Of a stretch of DNA of 64,000 nt, positions 39,101-51,413 are shown one piece after another. Source of the stretch: Neodothiora populina (taxonomy: Eukaryota). Made by a program: the position numbers and the translations under genes. The notes beneath the pieces were generated by a model. It ran no database searches and was not told the DNA's origin. It worked only from the letters and a program-made list of their open reading frames with translations. The DNA is taken from positions 620,001-684,000 of the forward strand of contig NW_027191411.1 of assembly GCF_041146345.1 (NCBI RefSeq). The letters are read 5' to 3'. Numbering within the stretch: the stretch's first letter is position 1; each line of letters opens with the position of its first letter.

Positions 39101-40186
39101 GCAACGAAGCTGGCAAGGCCGTCGCCTCAGCCGGCCCCGGCACACCCGTCGAAGTCGATGGATGGAAAGGCCAGCCCGCTGCAGGAGACGAGGCGCTACA
39201 AGCACCCAACGAGCAGAAAGCGACAGACGTCGTAGCCTACCGCGAAGAAATCGAAGAGCGTACGAAGATGGCCGAGGACATGGAAGCGATCAACGAAGTC
39301 CGACGTCTCGAGGCCGACAAACGTGAGCGCGAGCGACTCGCAGCCGAAGCGGCCAAAGCAGCCGCTAATGATCAGGATGGCCAAGCGTCGACCACAACTG
39401 GCCAAGATGCAGGAAGCAGCGCAAACGCAGACGACTCGACGACATCAGCACCAGGCCACCAAACCGTGCCTTTCATCGTCAAAGCCGACGTCTCGGGATC
39501 CGTCGAAGCAGTCACAGCCTACCTCCTCCAGATGAGCAACCCATTATGCTCACCGACGCTCCTCCGCAGCGGCGTCGGCCCCATCTCCGAATTCGACATC
39601 GAACACGCCGCCGCAGCCTCCGGCCACATCATCTCCTTCAACCTGCCTGCAAACCCGGAGATGAGCGGCAAAGCGGAGAAACGCGGCGTCAGAATTGTCG
39701 AGGAGAACGTCATCTACCGCATCGTAGGCGACGTCAAGAGCGTGCTCGAGGACAAACTGCCGCCGGTCAAGAGCCAACGCGTGGCGGGCGAAGCAGAGGT
39801 GTCCATGGCGTTCGAGATTGGCGTCGGGGGCAGGAAGAAGATGCGCATCGCGGGCTGCAAGGTCCGAAACGGAACCGTCGGCAGGGGTTCGCGCGTCAGA
39901 GTGTTGAGAGGGGAGAAGAAGATTTACGATGGTGAGTTTTTTTCTTTCTTTTCTTTTTCCCATCTACACTCACTTTTCACCTTTCTGTTCCAAAAAAAAA
40001 CCCCCGATATACTGACTGCAAGAAACAGGCATCCTCTCATCCCTGAAAAACGTCAAAAAGGACGTGACGGAGATGCGCAAGGGCACCGAGTGCGGTATGG
40101 GCTTCGACGGCTGGGAGGATTTCCAGGTCGGCGACCAGGTCCAGACGTACGAGGAGAAGGTCGAGAAGCGGACTTTGCAGATCTAG
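36179..40186 (+). CDS. IFM1: mitochondrial translation initiation factor IF-2
   Basis: [43 protein letters not shown]. Introns 36203-36270 and 39932-40028. Confidence 0.93.
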
Positions 40187-40614
40187 TGGGTTTTGCTGTG
40201 GATGTTGGTAGGGGCAAGGATAAGTGTAAGAAGAGGATCAGATGTACGAACATATATTCCACGCTAGCGCATGGATTGTAGTTATAGCTGTATATAGGAC
40301 GGGAGGACAGCCAGGACAGGAGATTGCTTCTGAAAGGAGAGGCAATACAAAAACCAATCACCTTTTCCACTCCTACGCATTCTCCGGCGAGTCCCTGTAA
40401 TTGTTTCATCAATGACTTGCAACCACGGTGAGACAAGCTATAGTGAGATGTACACTTCAAATGCAAAGCCTACCTAGTCCATGCTGAGAACGAAGTTGCG
40501 AATCGAATAATCGAGACTTCTCTGTTCAGTGACCCGCTGTATATATGTATAAATGCAAGATCACCCCTGGAACCAATAATGCTATATTCCTACACGCCAT
40601 GCCAACCGTTCTCC

Positions 40615-41734
40615 TCAAACAGCTTTCCTTAGATCTGCGCCTGCCCACAACACAGGCGCGAAATGCTTGGGCAGATTCAGACCGAACAGGCTCACGAACC
40701 AGAGGACCGTCATGATGGCGACTGGAGACAGGAGAAGCTGGGTATGGTGCAGGAAAGGGAGGGCTTTCGTATACGTTAGTCTTGTCTTGTAAATCAAGAA
40801 CGGCGAGATAGGGGCCTGCGCCAAAATGATGAAACTCACCGTTGTAGCCCAGGAAGGTGATGACAAAGTAGTATACAAATGCGAGTAGGTAAAGTGAGTT
40901 TCCGACGAATAGCGAGAGCCAGTAATCCCGCGCGATGAGCGGCATCAGGATGAATTGTACGACGTAGAGAAAGAACCATACGGGTAGGAAAGCTCGAATA
41001 GCCACCTGTAGGACCAGAAATATGTCAGTATAGATGAAGATGTCGAAGAGACAGATGCCATGCACGCACGTCGAAACAATAGCCGAATTCCAGTGCCTCG
41101 GCTGCCTCGTTTCCAGGAGGACCAAATAGACCTTGTCTCCTGCTTCGCCCCGGCAGGCCAGCAACGCCGGGACCCAGTAGTTTTCCGACGAAGAAGTACG
41201 CTGCGGTGGCGACGATGAGAGAGGTGGCGAGGAAGTGGATGAAGACAAAGACAAAAGTAATGCGCAAGGTCTTGCCAACCCCGTCGGCGTACGCTAGACC
41301 CCAGGACAGTGCGGTCAAGAGGAGGAAGAATGAGAGAAGGTAAGTAAAAGACGGATCGGGTCTATGCCATGTATTTCGCGTTTCTGTAATATAGAAGAAC
41401 TCTTAGTATATTGCCCAAAGCGATGGTCCCAGTGGTCAGCGATGCAATGCCTACGTTTCTAAGAATACCATTAGTGATGCGATCCTAAGTTTGTGATACA
41501 TGTTCTATTGGCAAGACAAGAATGACGCACTTGATAGTATATTGATCTGAAGACCTTTTTGGGCGCTATTATCAAGCTGGTCATTTCCCATATCGCCATC
41601 TCGAAGTCCATCTGTGGGAACTTGAATAGTCTCTTGAAGAATCGTGGCATCCGTCGTCGATCTCGCCGTGATGGAGGGACAGGACCGAATGAGGCATTGG
41701 AGTGTTGTCGCGGCAGCGATATCGTTGGATTCAT
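40615..41734 (-). CDS. GMH1: UNC-50/GMH1 family Golgi membrane protein
   Basis: QMDFEMAIWEM, KQTRNTWHRPDP, LEFGYCFDV. Exons 41734-41531, 41458-41455 (4-nt microexon), 41383-41070, 41005-40840, 40763-40615. Confidence 0.9.
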
Positions 41735-42528
41735 TTCGGCGACTATTCTGCGTGACGGACAGGCTCCAGAGATTCCGGTATGTTCAGTATCTTATGGATA
41801 AAGTAGGTGGGTAGGTAGCTCGTATGCGGCAGTAATCGCAACCCAATAGAGAAGGAGCGCGAAGTATAAGATGCGGCTATTGCAATGGATGTGTACAGAG
41901 TGTGACGGTCCTGGGAAAAAACCCTCTGCGGCTTTTCAGTGTCACTCGAACTGACACAACCGAGAAAATGGCTCTATACAGAATAAAAGCAGTTGTGCTC
42001 TTCACATGTCTCGAGTGATCCCGTACCGTACCTTATGTTTATTGCTTCCTCACTGACAACGAACACAAAGGGTACAAGCTCAAGGACAGGGCATATAATC
42101 GACGTCATTGGTCACTGGTCAGGTCGGTGTTTCGGGAGTGTCCGAAACCGATGCTGTGCAGCTCCGGCAGTAAGGTTAAGGTACAGCCAGCACTGCAGAA
42201 AGTAGGCTTGGCGTGCATCTGGCCATTCATCGCGCTTCGTTCGTTCATCGTTCATTTGTTAATGTCAAGCTTCATCCGATCTTCCTCTGACTTTCACTCT
42301 GTTTCCTGTCCAGATCTCTTACCTCCATACAACGCGAGCCTTGATCTTTAAGAGCTTGCGCTTATCCATCTCGAATTAGTTGGCGGATCTCTGCTGTCTC
42401 TTTGCTTCGACGCAAACACAGGTAGGATAAGTGAGGACCGTCGACCTGCAGCATTCTGCGACGGCGCGACTGCCGCCTTTGCGCATTCTGGTCCTGGACA
42501 CGACAACGGTCCCACATCCTAGGCAGCC

Positions 42529-45500
42529 ATGGAAGGTGAAGCCGCATTCCTGGCCTCGCTAGGTGGCGACGAGTACGATCCTGCGCATCAAGCTCAACCG
42601 CTGCAAGAACAAGAGGAGGAACAGCAGGAGCAACAAGATGAATCACTAGCAGCAGGACAAGATGAGCAAGAGGAAGAGGAAGAAGAAGAAGAAGAAGAAG
42701 AAGACGACGACGACGACTATGATCCATCTAGTTTCATGCCTGACGCTCCCGAAGAAGCTGTCCCCTCGGCCACTCCTCAACCTGCTGTTGCGCCCCAAGC
42801 TGCAGCCTCGCAGCAGCCAGAACAACAGCCGCCGTCAGACCTTCCCTCCCAGCCTCCGTCGCAAGCGCCCTCTCGCACCGCATCCGCCCAGCCCAACTCT
42901 GCCACGCAGGCTGCACAGAAGCCGAAGGCTATTGGTGGCTTCATCGAGGAAGATGATGATGACGACGACGATGAGGAGGATTCTCAGAATGCCATTGCGC
43001 ATCATGGTACAAATGGAAATGGAGATTTAGCCGTAGCAAGCCAAAGCACTCCTCTCCGATCTCCCCAAGCCTCTGAAGCCCCTGCTCCATCTCAGCTTAA
43101 TACTCAAGTACATAATGCTCCAAAAGATTTGGATCCCCCAGACGTGGTTCCAAATGGCACTGCTTCCGCTGATTCTGTCTCTACCCCCATTCCCTCTGCT
43201 GTTCAGTCCCAGTCTATTCCTGCTGCTGCTTCTGCTGCTGCTGATGTCAAGGCTGCCACTCCTGTACCTCAGTCCAGCTTTTCTTCTGTTCCAGCCCCAT
43301 CTTCTCATCTGAAACCTCGCCTTCCCCAAGACCAGATTGGCAAGTTGGAAGATCGGATCGCTGAAGATCCCAAGGGTGACATTAACGCATGGCTCGAGCT
43401 CATCGCTCTGTACAGGCAAAAGAACAAGCTTGAAGACGCTCGTCAGGTTTATGAACGCTTCTTCGAAGTCTTTCCTACCGCTGTCAGTTTTCCTACATCC
43501 TCTCCGCCCCGCAACGCTTGTGCTGACTTTGTTACAGGGCGAGCAATGGGTTGCTTTTGCCAACATGGAGCTTGAGATTGATGACTTTTTCCACCTCGAG
43601 CAGATCTTTAGCAAGGCACTGCTCAAGAATCACAATGTTCAGCTCTGGTGTATCTACCTTGACTACATCCGGCGTCGCAACAACGTAATGACTGACACCA
43701 CCGGCACCGCTCGCAATATCATTAATTCCGGCTATGAATTCGTGTTGAACGTCGTCGGTATCGACAAGGACTCGGCCCCGATCTGGCGCGACTACATCAA
43801 CTTCATCAAGGATGGCCCGGGTAATGTTGGAGGAACTGGCTGGCAGGATGCTCAAAAGATGGACACCGTCCGAAAGGCTTACCAGCGTGCCGTCACTGTT
43901 CCCCACGCCCTGGTCCAAACCTTATGGAAGGAATATGATCTGTTCGAGACTGGCCTGAACAAGGCCACTGGAAGGAAGACATTGCAGGAGAAGTCGCCTG
44001 CCTACATGACCGCTCGCGGCGCCTACACTCAGCTCCAGAACATCACCAAGGACCTTAAGCGTACAACTTTACCCCCTCTCCCTCCTGCTCCTGGATTCGC
44101 TGGAGATGAGGAGTTCCACCAGCAAGTCGAAATTTGGCAAAAGTGGATTCAATGGGAGAAAGAAGAGGACCCAGTCGCCCTCAAGGATGAAGATATCAAG
44201 GCCTATCGTGATCGTGTCATCTACGCTTACAGACAAGCTGTCATGGCTCTTCGTTTCTGGCCTCAAATTTGGTGCGACGCAGCCGAATGGTGTTACTCTG
44301 AGGGCATGGATGCCGAAGGCGACGATTTCCTGGCTCAGGGCATTGCTGCCAACCCGGAGAGCTGTCTGTTATGCTTTAAGAGGGCGGATCGCATCGAACA
44401 AAATCTGCCCAACGAGGAGGGCGAAGAAGGACTCAAGAAGAAGGGTGATGCTCTCCGAGAGCCTTACGACACTTGCCTCTCAGCCATCTACGCCATGGTC
44501 AACAAGACAAAGGAGCGCGAGCCGAAAAATATTGCAGCCGTAGAGGAGTACTACGCTTCACTACCACCACTGTCGCGCGAGCCTACGCCCGAGTTGAAGG
44601 ACGAAGACGATGAAGATGCTGGAGCGAAGCCCCAGATCCTCACAAGAGAGGCCGAGAAGAAAAAGCAAATCGAGGCTGTGAAGGAGGGAACGAAAGCACA
44701 GATCAAAGATCTGTCCAAATTGCTCTCAAATGTATGGGTTGCGTTGATGCGCGCCTTCCGTCGCATACAAGGCAAGGGCAAGCCTGATGGCCTTGTCCTC
44801 GGTCTCCGTGGCATATTCGCCGAAGCTCGCAAGAGAGGCAGACTTTCAAGCGATGTATATGTTGCAGCCGCTTTACTTGAGCATCACTGCTACAAGGACA
44901 TATCTGCTACCAAGATCTTCGAGCGTGGCATCAAGCTCTTCCCGGATGATGAAGAGTTTGCCCTCGAGTACTTGAAGCACTTGATAGCCATCAACGATAT
45001 CACAAGTAAGTCTGAGAGATGTTGTTCTTGATGCGTCGATTACTGATTACTAATGTACTAGATGCTCGTGCTGTGTTCGAAACCACCGTCAGCAAACTGG
45101 CTTCCAAGCCAGAGGGTATCCTCAAGACGAGACCGCTTTACCTTTTCATGCACGATCATGAATCCCAATATGGTGATCTGTCTCAAATTACTAAACTCGA
45201 GAAGCGCATGAGGGACCTCTTCCCGTCGGACCCATCGCTTGCCCTTTTCTCTCGCCGCTTCCACAATGGCACCGGTGAACAGACTTTCAATCCCTGCACT
45301 TTCCGATCGATCATCTCACCCGCCACCCAGCTAAGGCCCAAGTCCGCCTATTCAAATGTGCCTGTGGCTAGCATTGAAGTTCCCATACCGCAGCCCGCGG
45401 CTCCTCCAACTGTCGCAGCTACGGCCACACAGTCTTCTTACCTACAGTCCCCTAAACGGCCGTTCGACGCTGGCGCGGACAGTGACGTGGAACAGCCTGC

Positions 45501-45861
45501 TCGAAAACTCGCCAGGGGAGAGTCCCCACTCAAGGGTGCCGCAGGACGCAGACAGCAGCAGAGACAGAGAGCCGAGGTCTATGGAGGTCAGTCGGTACAG
45601 CAAGCGAAGCCTCTGCCTAGGGAGGTTAATGTTCTCCTGGGAATCATCCCCAATGCGAGCACATGGAACGCCATGCTACCAAAACTGGATCCAGCACGTA
45701 TGGTCGACATCATGAGGAACATTGATCTTAGCAGAGCTAATGTCGGCGGTGGGGCCCAGGCTCCTGCTCCGTCAGCTTATGGTGGTTACTCAGGCGGGGC
45801 TCCTTCAGCGTATGGAGGCCAACAGGCGGGCGCGTACGCTGGATACGGCTACGGAAGGTAG
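42529..45861 (+). CDS. RNA14: mRNA 3'-end processing factor RNA14 (CstF-77 orthologue, HAT repeats)
   Basis: LEDRIAEDPKGD, HAT repeats (LWCIYLDYIRRRN; KIFERGIKLF), ARGESPLKGAAGRR. Introns 43483-43537 and 45006-45061. Confidence 0.92.
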
Positions 45862-47385
45862 GTACTTCCGTTACCTGACCAGTGATGCTGAAACATTCGA
45901 GTACAGTAGTTGGGCAGCAGCAGCTCCCCACTGATTTACTTTTTTTCTTTGTACTATTCACGCACTGGAAAGCGGGATGGAATCGGCATTTGTGGATGCG
46001 GGTTGATAGCATGGCAAGGCGCAATCTCTCGGATCAGAAGACCACGGCTTTTCGATCTCTATACAAAATTCAAAACCACCACCCAACATAAAACGAAGAG
46101 CTTGGTGAGGCAGATGAGGCTCCCAATATTCTTAACAAAAAATGACCCTGCTTGTTGGGGACATTAGAAACTCAATAGTTGGTCCGTCTTCAAATCAGCC
46201 GCTTTGTCTCTGCCATATTTTCATCATACAATGTGAACCATGCTCTCGTGCTACACTAAAGTGGAAAGTATCTTGTGAACAATAATCCACACAATTTGGC
46301 CAATCTGGAGATCTGCTACTAGAACTTACTGGTCCGTGCCACAGCCATAACCTTGAATAATACTGAACCTCAATTTCACGCGAATGACCATACCTTACAT
46401 TATCGCATAGATAGCTTCCTCAGAAGTCATCCGCCACTCTTCGTGATCCTGATAGTTGAAAGCTAGTCTCCAACAACAGGGATGGTGCTTGCTCTCGCGG
46501 GATCATGCTACCTCATTCGCAGCGCTAGACTTCTTGTGCCGGGCTCCTGTTGATCCTTGATGCTTACTGGAACATAGCGCTGCTACTGCTGCTGTGTCGA
46601 CCTCTTCCTTCGATTTCATCATTCATGGTATTACTACCCCCTTTTCAGTTTTATCAGCTTTAGAAATTGTGCGCTTCCAGCTGTCGCACCCGGGACTACA
46701 CGCCCATCGTCTCGTCATTTGTACATGAAGAAGGTGGAGACGATGTCAGGGGCGTCAGACGTCTCTTGTAGACTCTAATTCTTCATTTTTAGACTTTCCT
46801 CAAGTCTTACTCAGGGTTGCAGCTTTCGTCCAGGCCGGTCTCTCGTGTGGTTGCATAACCTCCGAAATGAGTACCATACCTCTTCAGAAAGATCAATCAT
46901 GACCATGGAGGTCAGGTCCTCCTCGGACCAATCGTATCGCGCCAGCAGGACCGACACAGCTGCATGATGGACCACTGCATACCGGCTTACGTAGCTGTAT
47001 ATCGTTGGCTGTGTGTTTCATTTCCCAGCCGAGCTACCTATCATTGGAACTACAGCTAGTCGTAGGCTTGAGCATGTTTCGAAGCCTTGACTTTCAAACC
47101 TGTGTTTGCTGTACGTCCGTAAGTATTATTACCTGCACACGAGGTGTGTTTGGCAGGTATTTGACTTTAACTACCTTATTCTTCTAGAATGATTCGGTTG
47201 ATAAGCATATTGGCTAGAATTGATGCTATCCAATGTCAGATAAGAAATGCCGTTCGACGAATTGCATTCTGTCCTACATGTATCTCTTGATACGTAGATC
47301 AGCATACTAAGGGACTCTATCGAATCATCCATGTTGAAAGCATTCGGGCACTTGTATTTGATACCATATCACATGGTACAAGTCG

Positions 47386-47420
47386 AAGACTGCACGAATG
47401 AAAGACTGCACGAATGAAAG
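47386..47420. repeat. perfect 16-bp tandem duplication AAGACTGCACGAATGA x2.2
   Basis: Read directly at 47386-47401 and 47402-47417. Confidence 0.9.
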
Positions 47421-47511
47421 CTGCTATGCAGGGTTGCAGGTTGACAACACGATGTGCTTTTTCCGAGCACCCTATTCTACAAAAGACAAGATACCTGAGG
47501 TGAGGTAAACA

Positions 47512-48476
47512 GTATATATGCTCGTCTCGGCACTACCTACTCAAGCAATCGAGTTCATAAGTCACTATTGCTCTGCAAGGTGAGTTAGGTGTCTAAGCTT
47601 TCAGTAGTGATAGCTCCTTCCTGGTTCAGAAGTCCATTCCTCTTTCCTTCTTCTTCTTCTTCTTCTTCTTGTTTGTTTGACACTAAACCTTGCAACACTT
47701 TGTGCTCCTTCGCAGGACAGACTGGAACTTCATCTGTTTATCACATCTCTTTTTCTTCTCTTTTCCCATCGACCGGTGCAAGTATTTCAACAAGACTTCC
47801 TGCGGCTGAAGCTACATTTTGTTGCTGAGATTGATTAAGTGCCATTGGCAGTTGCGCTTGCTGAACGTCTCACCTACGACGGTGTGTTTGTCTCTCCCTT
47901 GCTTTGAGTGGGCATTGACCTCACGGAACAACACTGTCATTGCCCCTGGCCCCGTCATCTTCAGACTGTGGTACAGGTGAAATGATTGTCTTCTTTCATT
48001 CAGCTGTTTCTACGAGTCACAACAACGAAGGTTGAGACTGGCGGAGCTTCACTCCACCTCAGTCAGCAACTTGATCATTTCTCGATTGCTGTTGCTTCCG
48101 CAGCCTTATTCCCCAGTCCCTTTACTAAGATCCCTTTCCTTGCGTACATCACAATTCAAACATTGACACCTTGTCATTACGGAGTCAGCGGTACTCTAGT
48201 ATTAACTTCGATTGCGGTCAACAGATAACTACCTCACTACAGTCAAGCAGTTCCTCAGTACTTCAGTACTTCAGTAAGTCATCATCACATCTTCCAAAGC
48301 GTTTGCTTCTTGCCTCAGAGTCACTACTTGAACAAACTAAACTAAACTAAACTCTTCCTGTTCTCCTTCCATCTTCTTGCACTCTACACCACCAAGCTTG
48401 AATACCTTTAAGACGATTGCAACTACATCTTGTTGCTTTACAACCCTGACACCTGCTCAGCTCGCCACCCTAAGAA
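47512..48476 (+). promoter_or_regulatory. putative TATA element and long intron-containing 5' leader of Argonaute
   Basis: TATATA at ~47513. Candidate introns 47580-47715 (AG|GTGAGT...CTAAAC...GCAG) and 48274-48460 (GTAAGT...CTGAC...TCAG). Only one ATG (47982) in the leader. Confidence 0.55.
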
Positions 48477-51413
48477 ATGGCTGGTGCACAATCCCGTCGT
48501 GCTAAGGCCGAGCGCCATGTAGCATCGTCTTCGAGTACTACAAAGTCCTCACACTCAGTTCTACCTTCCGATTCGCCAAGCCATAGCGGAAAGTCTGACA
48601 GCCCCCCCGTTGGTGGTCACTACGATGGAAATGCGGACCCTGCCCCTTCATCGACTCAATTCACCCGAAACCCTCTGAATCCGGAGGCTGAGATTACATC
48701 GGCCATGAGGAACATGGATCTCGGCGCGGCTGCCTTCAACATGGTACGAGGTCAGACGTCCGCGCTTTCAAAACGCCCAGATAAGCCCTCCACCCTCGGC
48801 CGCGAAGTTCTAGTTGGCTTGAACACTTTCCCAGTCGCTCTCAAGCCTGGTATGAAAATCACACAGTACCAAGTCCTCGTTGGTACAGGTGCCGAAAAGC
48901 GTGGCCTCATCAAGAAAGCCTGGGCATCCAATGCCGTCCAGAGCGAGCTTCCTGTTCAAAAATCATGGATTTTCGATGGCAACAGTTTAGCGTGGTCCCT
49001 GCAAGAGTTAAGGGAGATCCGCGTACAAGTTGACTTAGATGCGGAACAGGGCAAACCTCCTCGCAGGGATGGTAAGCTGAACACACATCGAGTTGTTATT
49101 AAGAAGACCGGACAGATCGACTTTGCATCGTTAACAGCCTATCTCGCTCGTGGAGCAGATTTCTCCAACAAGTGCCTCGAGGCCGTCACTTTCCTAGACC
49201 ATTTGATGCGTGAAGGTCCATCCCAGAGATTTACACAAATCAAACGCTCTTTCTTTGCTAAAGGGCAGAAGCGCTTTGAGCTTGGCGGAGGCATCGAAGC
49301 ATTCAAGGGCGTGTACCAGTCCCTTCGCATTGCTCATAGCTCTGCAGGCGCTCAGCTGACGGTCAACGTCGATGTCGCAAACGGAACTTTCTTTACAGGT
49401 GGCGAAATGTGGACCGTTCTCGTCCGCATGCTCAACCTTCGCGGTCCTGCTGAAATTGGCCTGCTCCTCAAGGATGACAATATGCAGAAGCGCAAGTTTA
49501 ATGAAACGAGACGCCTCCGCAAATTGCATGTTCACAGCGTTCATCGTGGCAAAGGAACCCGCGACGACTATGTTATCGATCGCTTCCTTAATCAGTCGTC
49601 GTCTCAGTACAAAATCGATCTCAAAGAGGATGGCGTTGTCAAGTCCCGTGTCTCTATTGAACAGTACATGAGAGACAAGTACAAGCTACGCCTGGCCCAC
49701 CCTGACTGGCCTGTTGTCATGATGACCAGAAAGGCTGTTTTGCCTTTGGAGCTACTCTGGCTTGAAGAAAACCAACGCTATCCCTTCAAGCTTGACGATC
49801 GCCAGACTGCATCCATGATCAAGGTCGCGGTCACACCTCCAAAGGATCGCTGGGCCGATATCGAGCATGGCCTTGGTATGGTCGGCTGGGCTGAAGATCC
49901 ATATCTCAAGGAATATGGCATGAAGATCAGCCCACAACAGACCATCGTCAAGGGTCGCCTGCTCGACAATCCGAGTGTACAATTCGACAAATCAGCTACT
50001 GATCCAAGAACCAGTGGCCGTTGGGACCTCAAAGGCAAGAAGTTCCTCGAGCCGAACCCAGCACCCCTCCGTTCCTGGGGATTCTGCATGGTGGCCAGCC
50101 GTTTCCCACCAAAGAAAGAGGATGTCGAGAGATTCATCAACTCCTTTATTGCAGCTTACAAAGCGCACGGTGGTAGGGTGGAGAAATCTCCCTGTTTGAT
50201 TACATCCTCTGGCCTGGATCCTGGAAAATGTGTCGAGGAGCTCTGGAACACCACTGGCAACACATTTCAAGCACGCCCACAGATTTTGTGCTTCATCCTC
50301 CCAGACAAAGACTCTATGGTATATGGTCGTATCAAGCGCTCATGCGAATGTCGCTATGGAGTCGTTTCTCAGTGCATGCAGATGGCGCACGTTCAGAAGT
50401 GCCAGCCACAATACATGTCCAATGTCTTGATGAAGCTGAATGCAAAGCTTGGTGGTGTCACTTCTCGAGCTGTGGGTAAGACATCAAAGGGTCCCAAAGG
50501 TCTGTTCGCGAAGCACACCACTTGCATCATTGGAGTGGATGTATCTCACGCGGCACCTGGATCTCAAGTTGCATCTATGGCAGCGGTGACATGCTCCACC
50601 AACAAGCTTGCTACTCGCTATGCAGCTAATTGTGAGGTCAACGGATATCGCAAGGAGATGATAGAGCCTGACAACATTTCCAAACTCATCATGCCACTGA
50701 TCAAGGAGTGGGTTCAGACCGTCAACGAAGGAAGATTCCCTGACACTATCATCTACTTCCGCGATGGTGTTTCCGAAGGTCAATTCACTCAAGTCATGGA
50801 GCAGGAGGTCCAGGTCATACAGCAGAGACTCCGTGCTGTCAAGCCTGACCACCCTACCAAGTTTGTGGTCATCGTAGCATCGAAGCGTCATCATGTGCGT
50901 TTCTTCCCCAAGCCTGGCACTGGCGACAGGAACGGCAACCCTCTTCCTGGAACGCTCGTCGAGACTGGAGTCACCCATCCACGTGAGAATGACTTTTACC
51001 TGTGCTCCCACGCTGCCATCAAGGGTACAGCGCGCCCCGTTCATTACCATATCTTGCTCAACGAGCGTGATACAGAGAATGAGCGCGATCCTGCTAAGCG
51101 CGTAAGCAACGAAGAATTTCAGACTCTGATCTACGAACATTGCTACCAGTACATTCGTGCCACTACCCCAGTGTCGCTATTCCCAGCAGTATACTATGCT
51201 CATTTGGCCTCGAACCGTGCTCTCCACCACGACAAGAATTTCGGTGGCGCCAACTCGCACGAAAAGGCCTTGGCTGCGAAACAGAAGCAGCAGCAGCAGG
51301 AGCGGCAGTCGGGAGGTGACACTATTGCGACTTCCGACATGGAGCCTTTGTATGAGCTCCTGATGCCCATGCCAAACACAGCTCAGATCGCAAAGGGCAT
51401 GTGGTACATTTGA
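48477..51413 (+). CDS. Argonaute protein (PAZ, MID, PIWI), intronless CDS
   Basis: Catalytic D-E-D-H (GVDVSH, RKEMI, RDGVSEGQ, YYAHLA), plus KLNAKLGG and GTARPVHY. The ATTPVSLFPAVYYAHLA end resembles the SMS-2-type clade more than QDE-2 (from memory). Confidence 0.96.
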   Translation: MAGAQSRRAKAERHVASSSSTTKSSHSVLPSDSPSHSGKSDSPPVGGHYDGNADPAPSSTQFTRNPLNPEAEITSAMRNMDLGAAAFNMVRGQTSALSKRPDKPSTLGREVLVGLNTFPVALKPGMKITQYQVLVGTGAEKRGLIKKAWASNAVQSELPVQKSWIFDGNSLAWSLQELREIRVQVDLDAEQGKPPRRDGKLNTHRVVIKKTGQIDFASLTAYLARGADFSNKCLEAVTFLDHLMREGPSQRFTQIKRSFFAKGQKRFELGGGIEAFKGVYQSLRIAHSSAGAQLTVNVDVANGTFFTGGEMWTVLVRMLNLRGPAEIGLLLKDDNMQKRKFNETRRLRKLHVHSVHRGKGTRDDYVIDRFLNQSSSQYKIDLKEDGVVKSRVSIEQYMRDKYKLRLAHPDWPVVMMTRKAVLPLELLWLEENQRYPFKLDDRQTASMIKVAVTPPKDRWADIEHGLGMVGWAEDPYLKEYGMKISPQQTIVKGRLLDNPSVQFDKSATDPRTSGRWDLKGKKFLEPNPAPLRSWGFCMVASRFPPKKEDVERFINSFIAAYKAHGGRVEKSPCLITSSGLDPGKCVEELWNTTGNTFQARPQILCFILPDKDSMVYGRIKRSCECRYGVVSQCMQMAHVQKCQPQYMSNVLMKLNAKLGGVTSRAVGKTSKGPKGLFAKHTTCIIGVDVSHAAPGSQVASMAAVTCSTNKLATRYAANCEVNGYRKEMIEPDNISKLIMPLIKEWVQTVNEGRFPDTIIYFRDGVSEGQFTQVMEQEVQVIQQRLRAVKPDHPTKFVVIVASKRHHVRFFPKPGTGDRNGNPLPGTLVETGVTHPRENDFYLCSHAAIKGTARPVHYHILLNERDTENERDPAKRVSNEEFQTLIYEHCYQYIRATTPVSLFPAVYYAHLASNRALHHDKNFGGANSHEKALAAKQKQQQQERQSGGDTIATSDMEPLYELLMPMPNTAQIAKGMWYI

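Noticed and set aside
46386..46415. GACCATACC...CATAGATA resembling the start of 5S rRNA
   Set aside because: Spacing and the remaining sequence do not fit 5S rRNA.
47386..47420. 16-bp direct repeat as a CRISPR-like array or target-site duplication
   Set aside because: Only two adjacent copies with no spacer or element between them; simple tandem duplication in a eukaryote.
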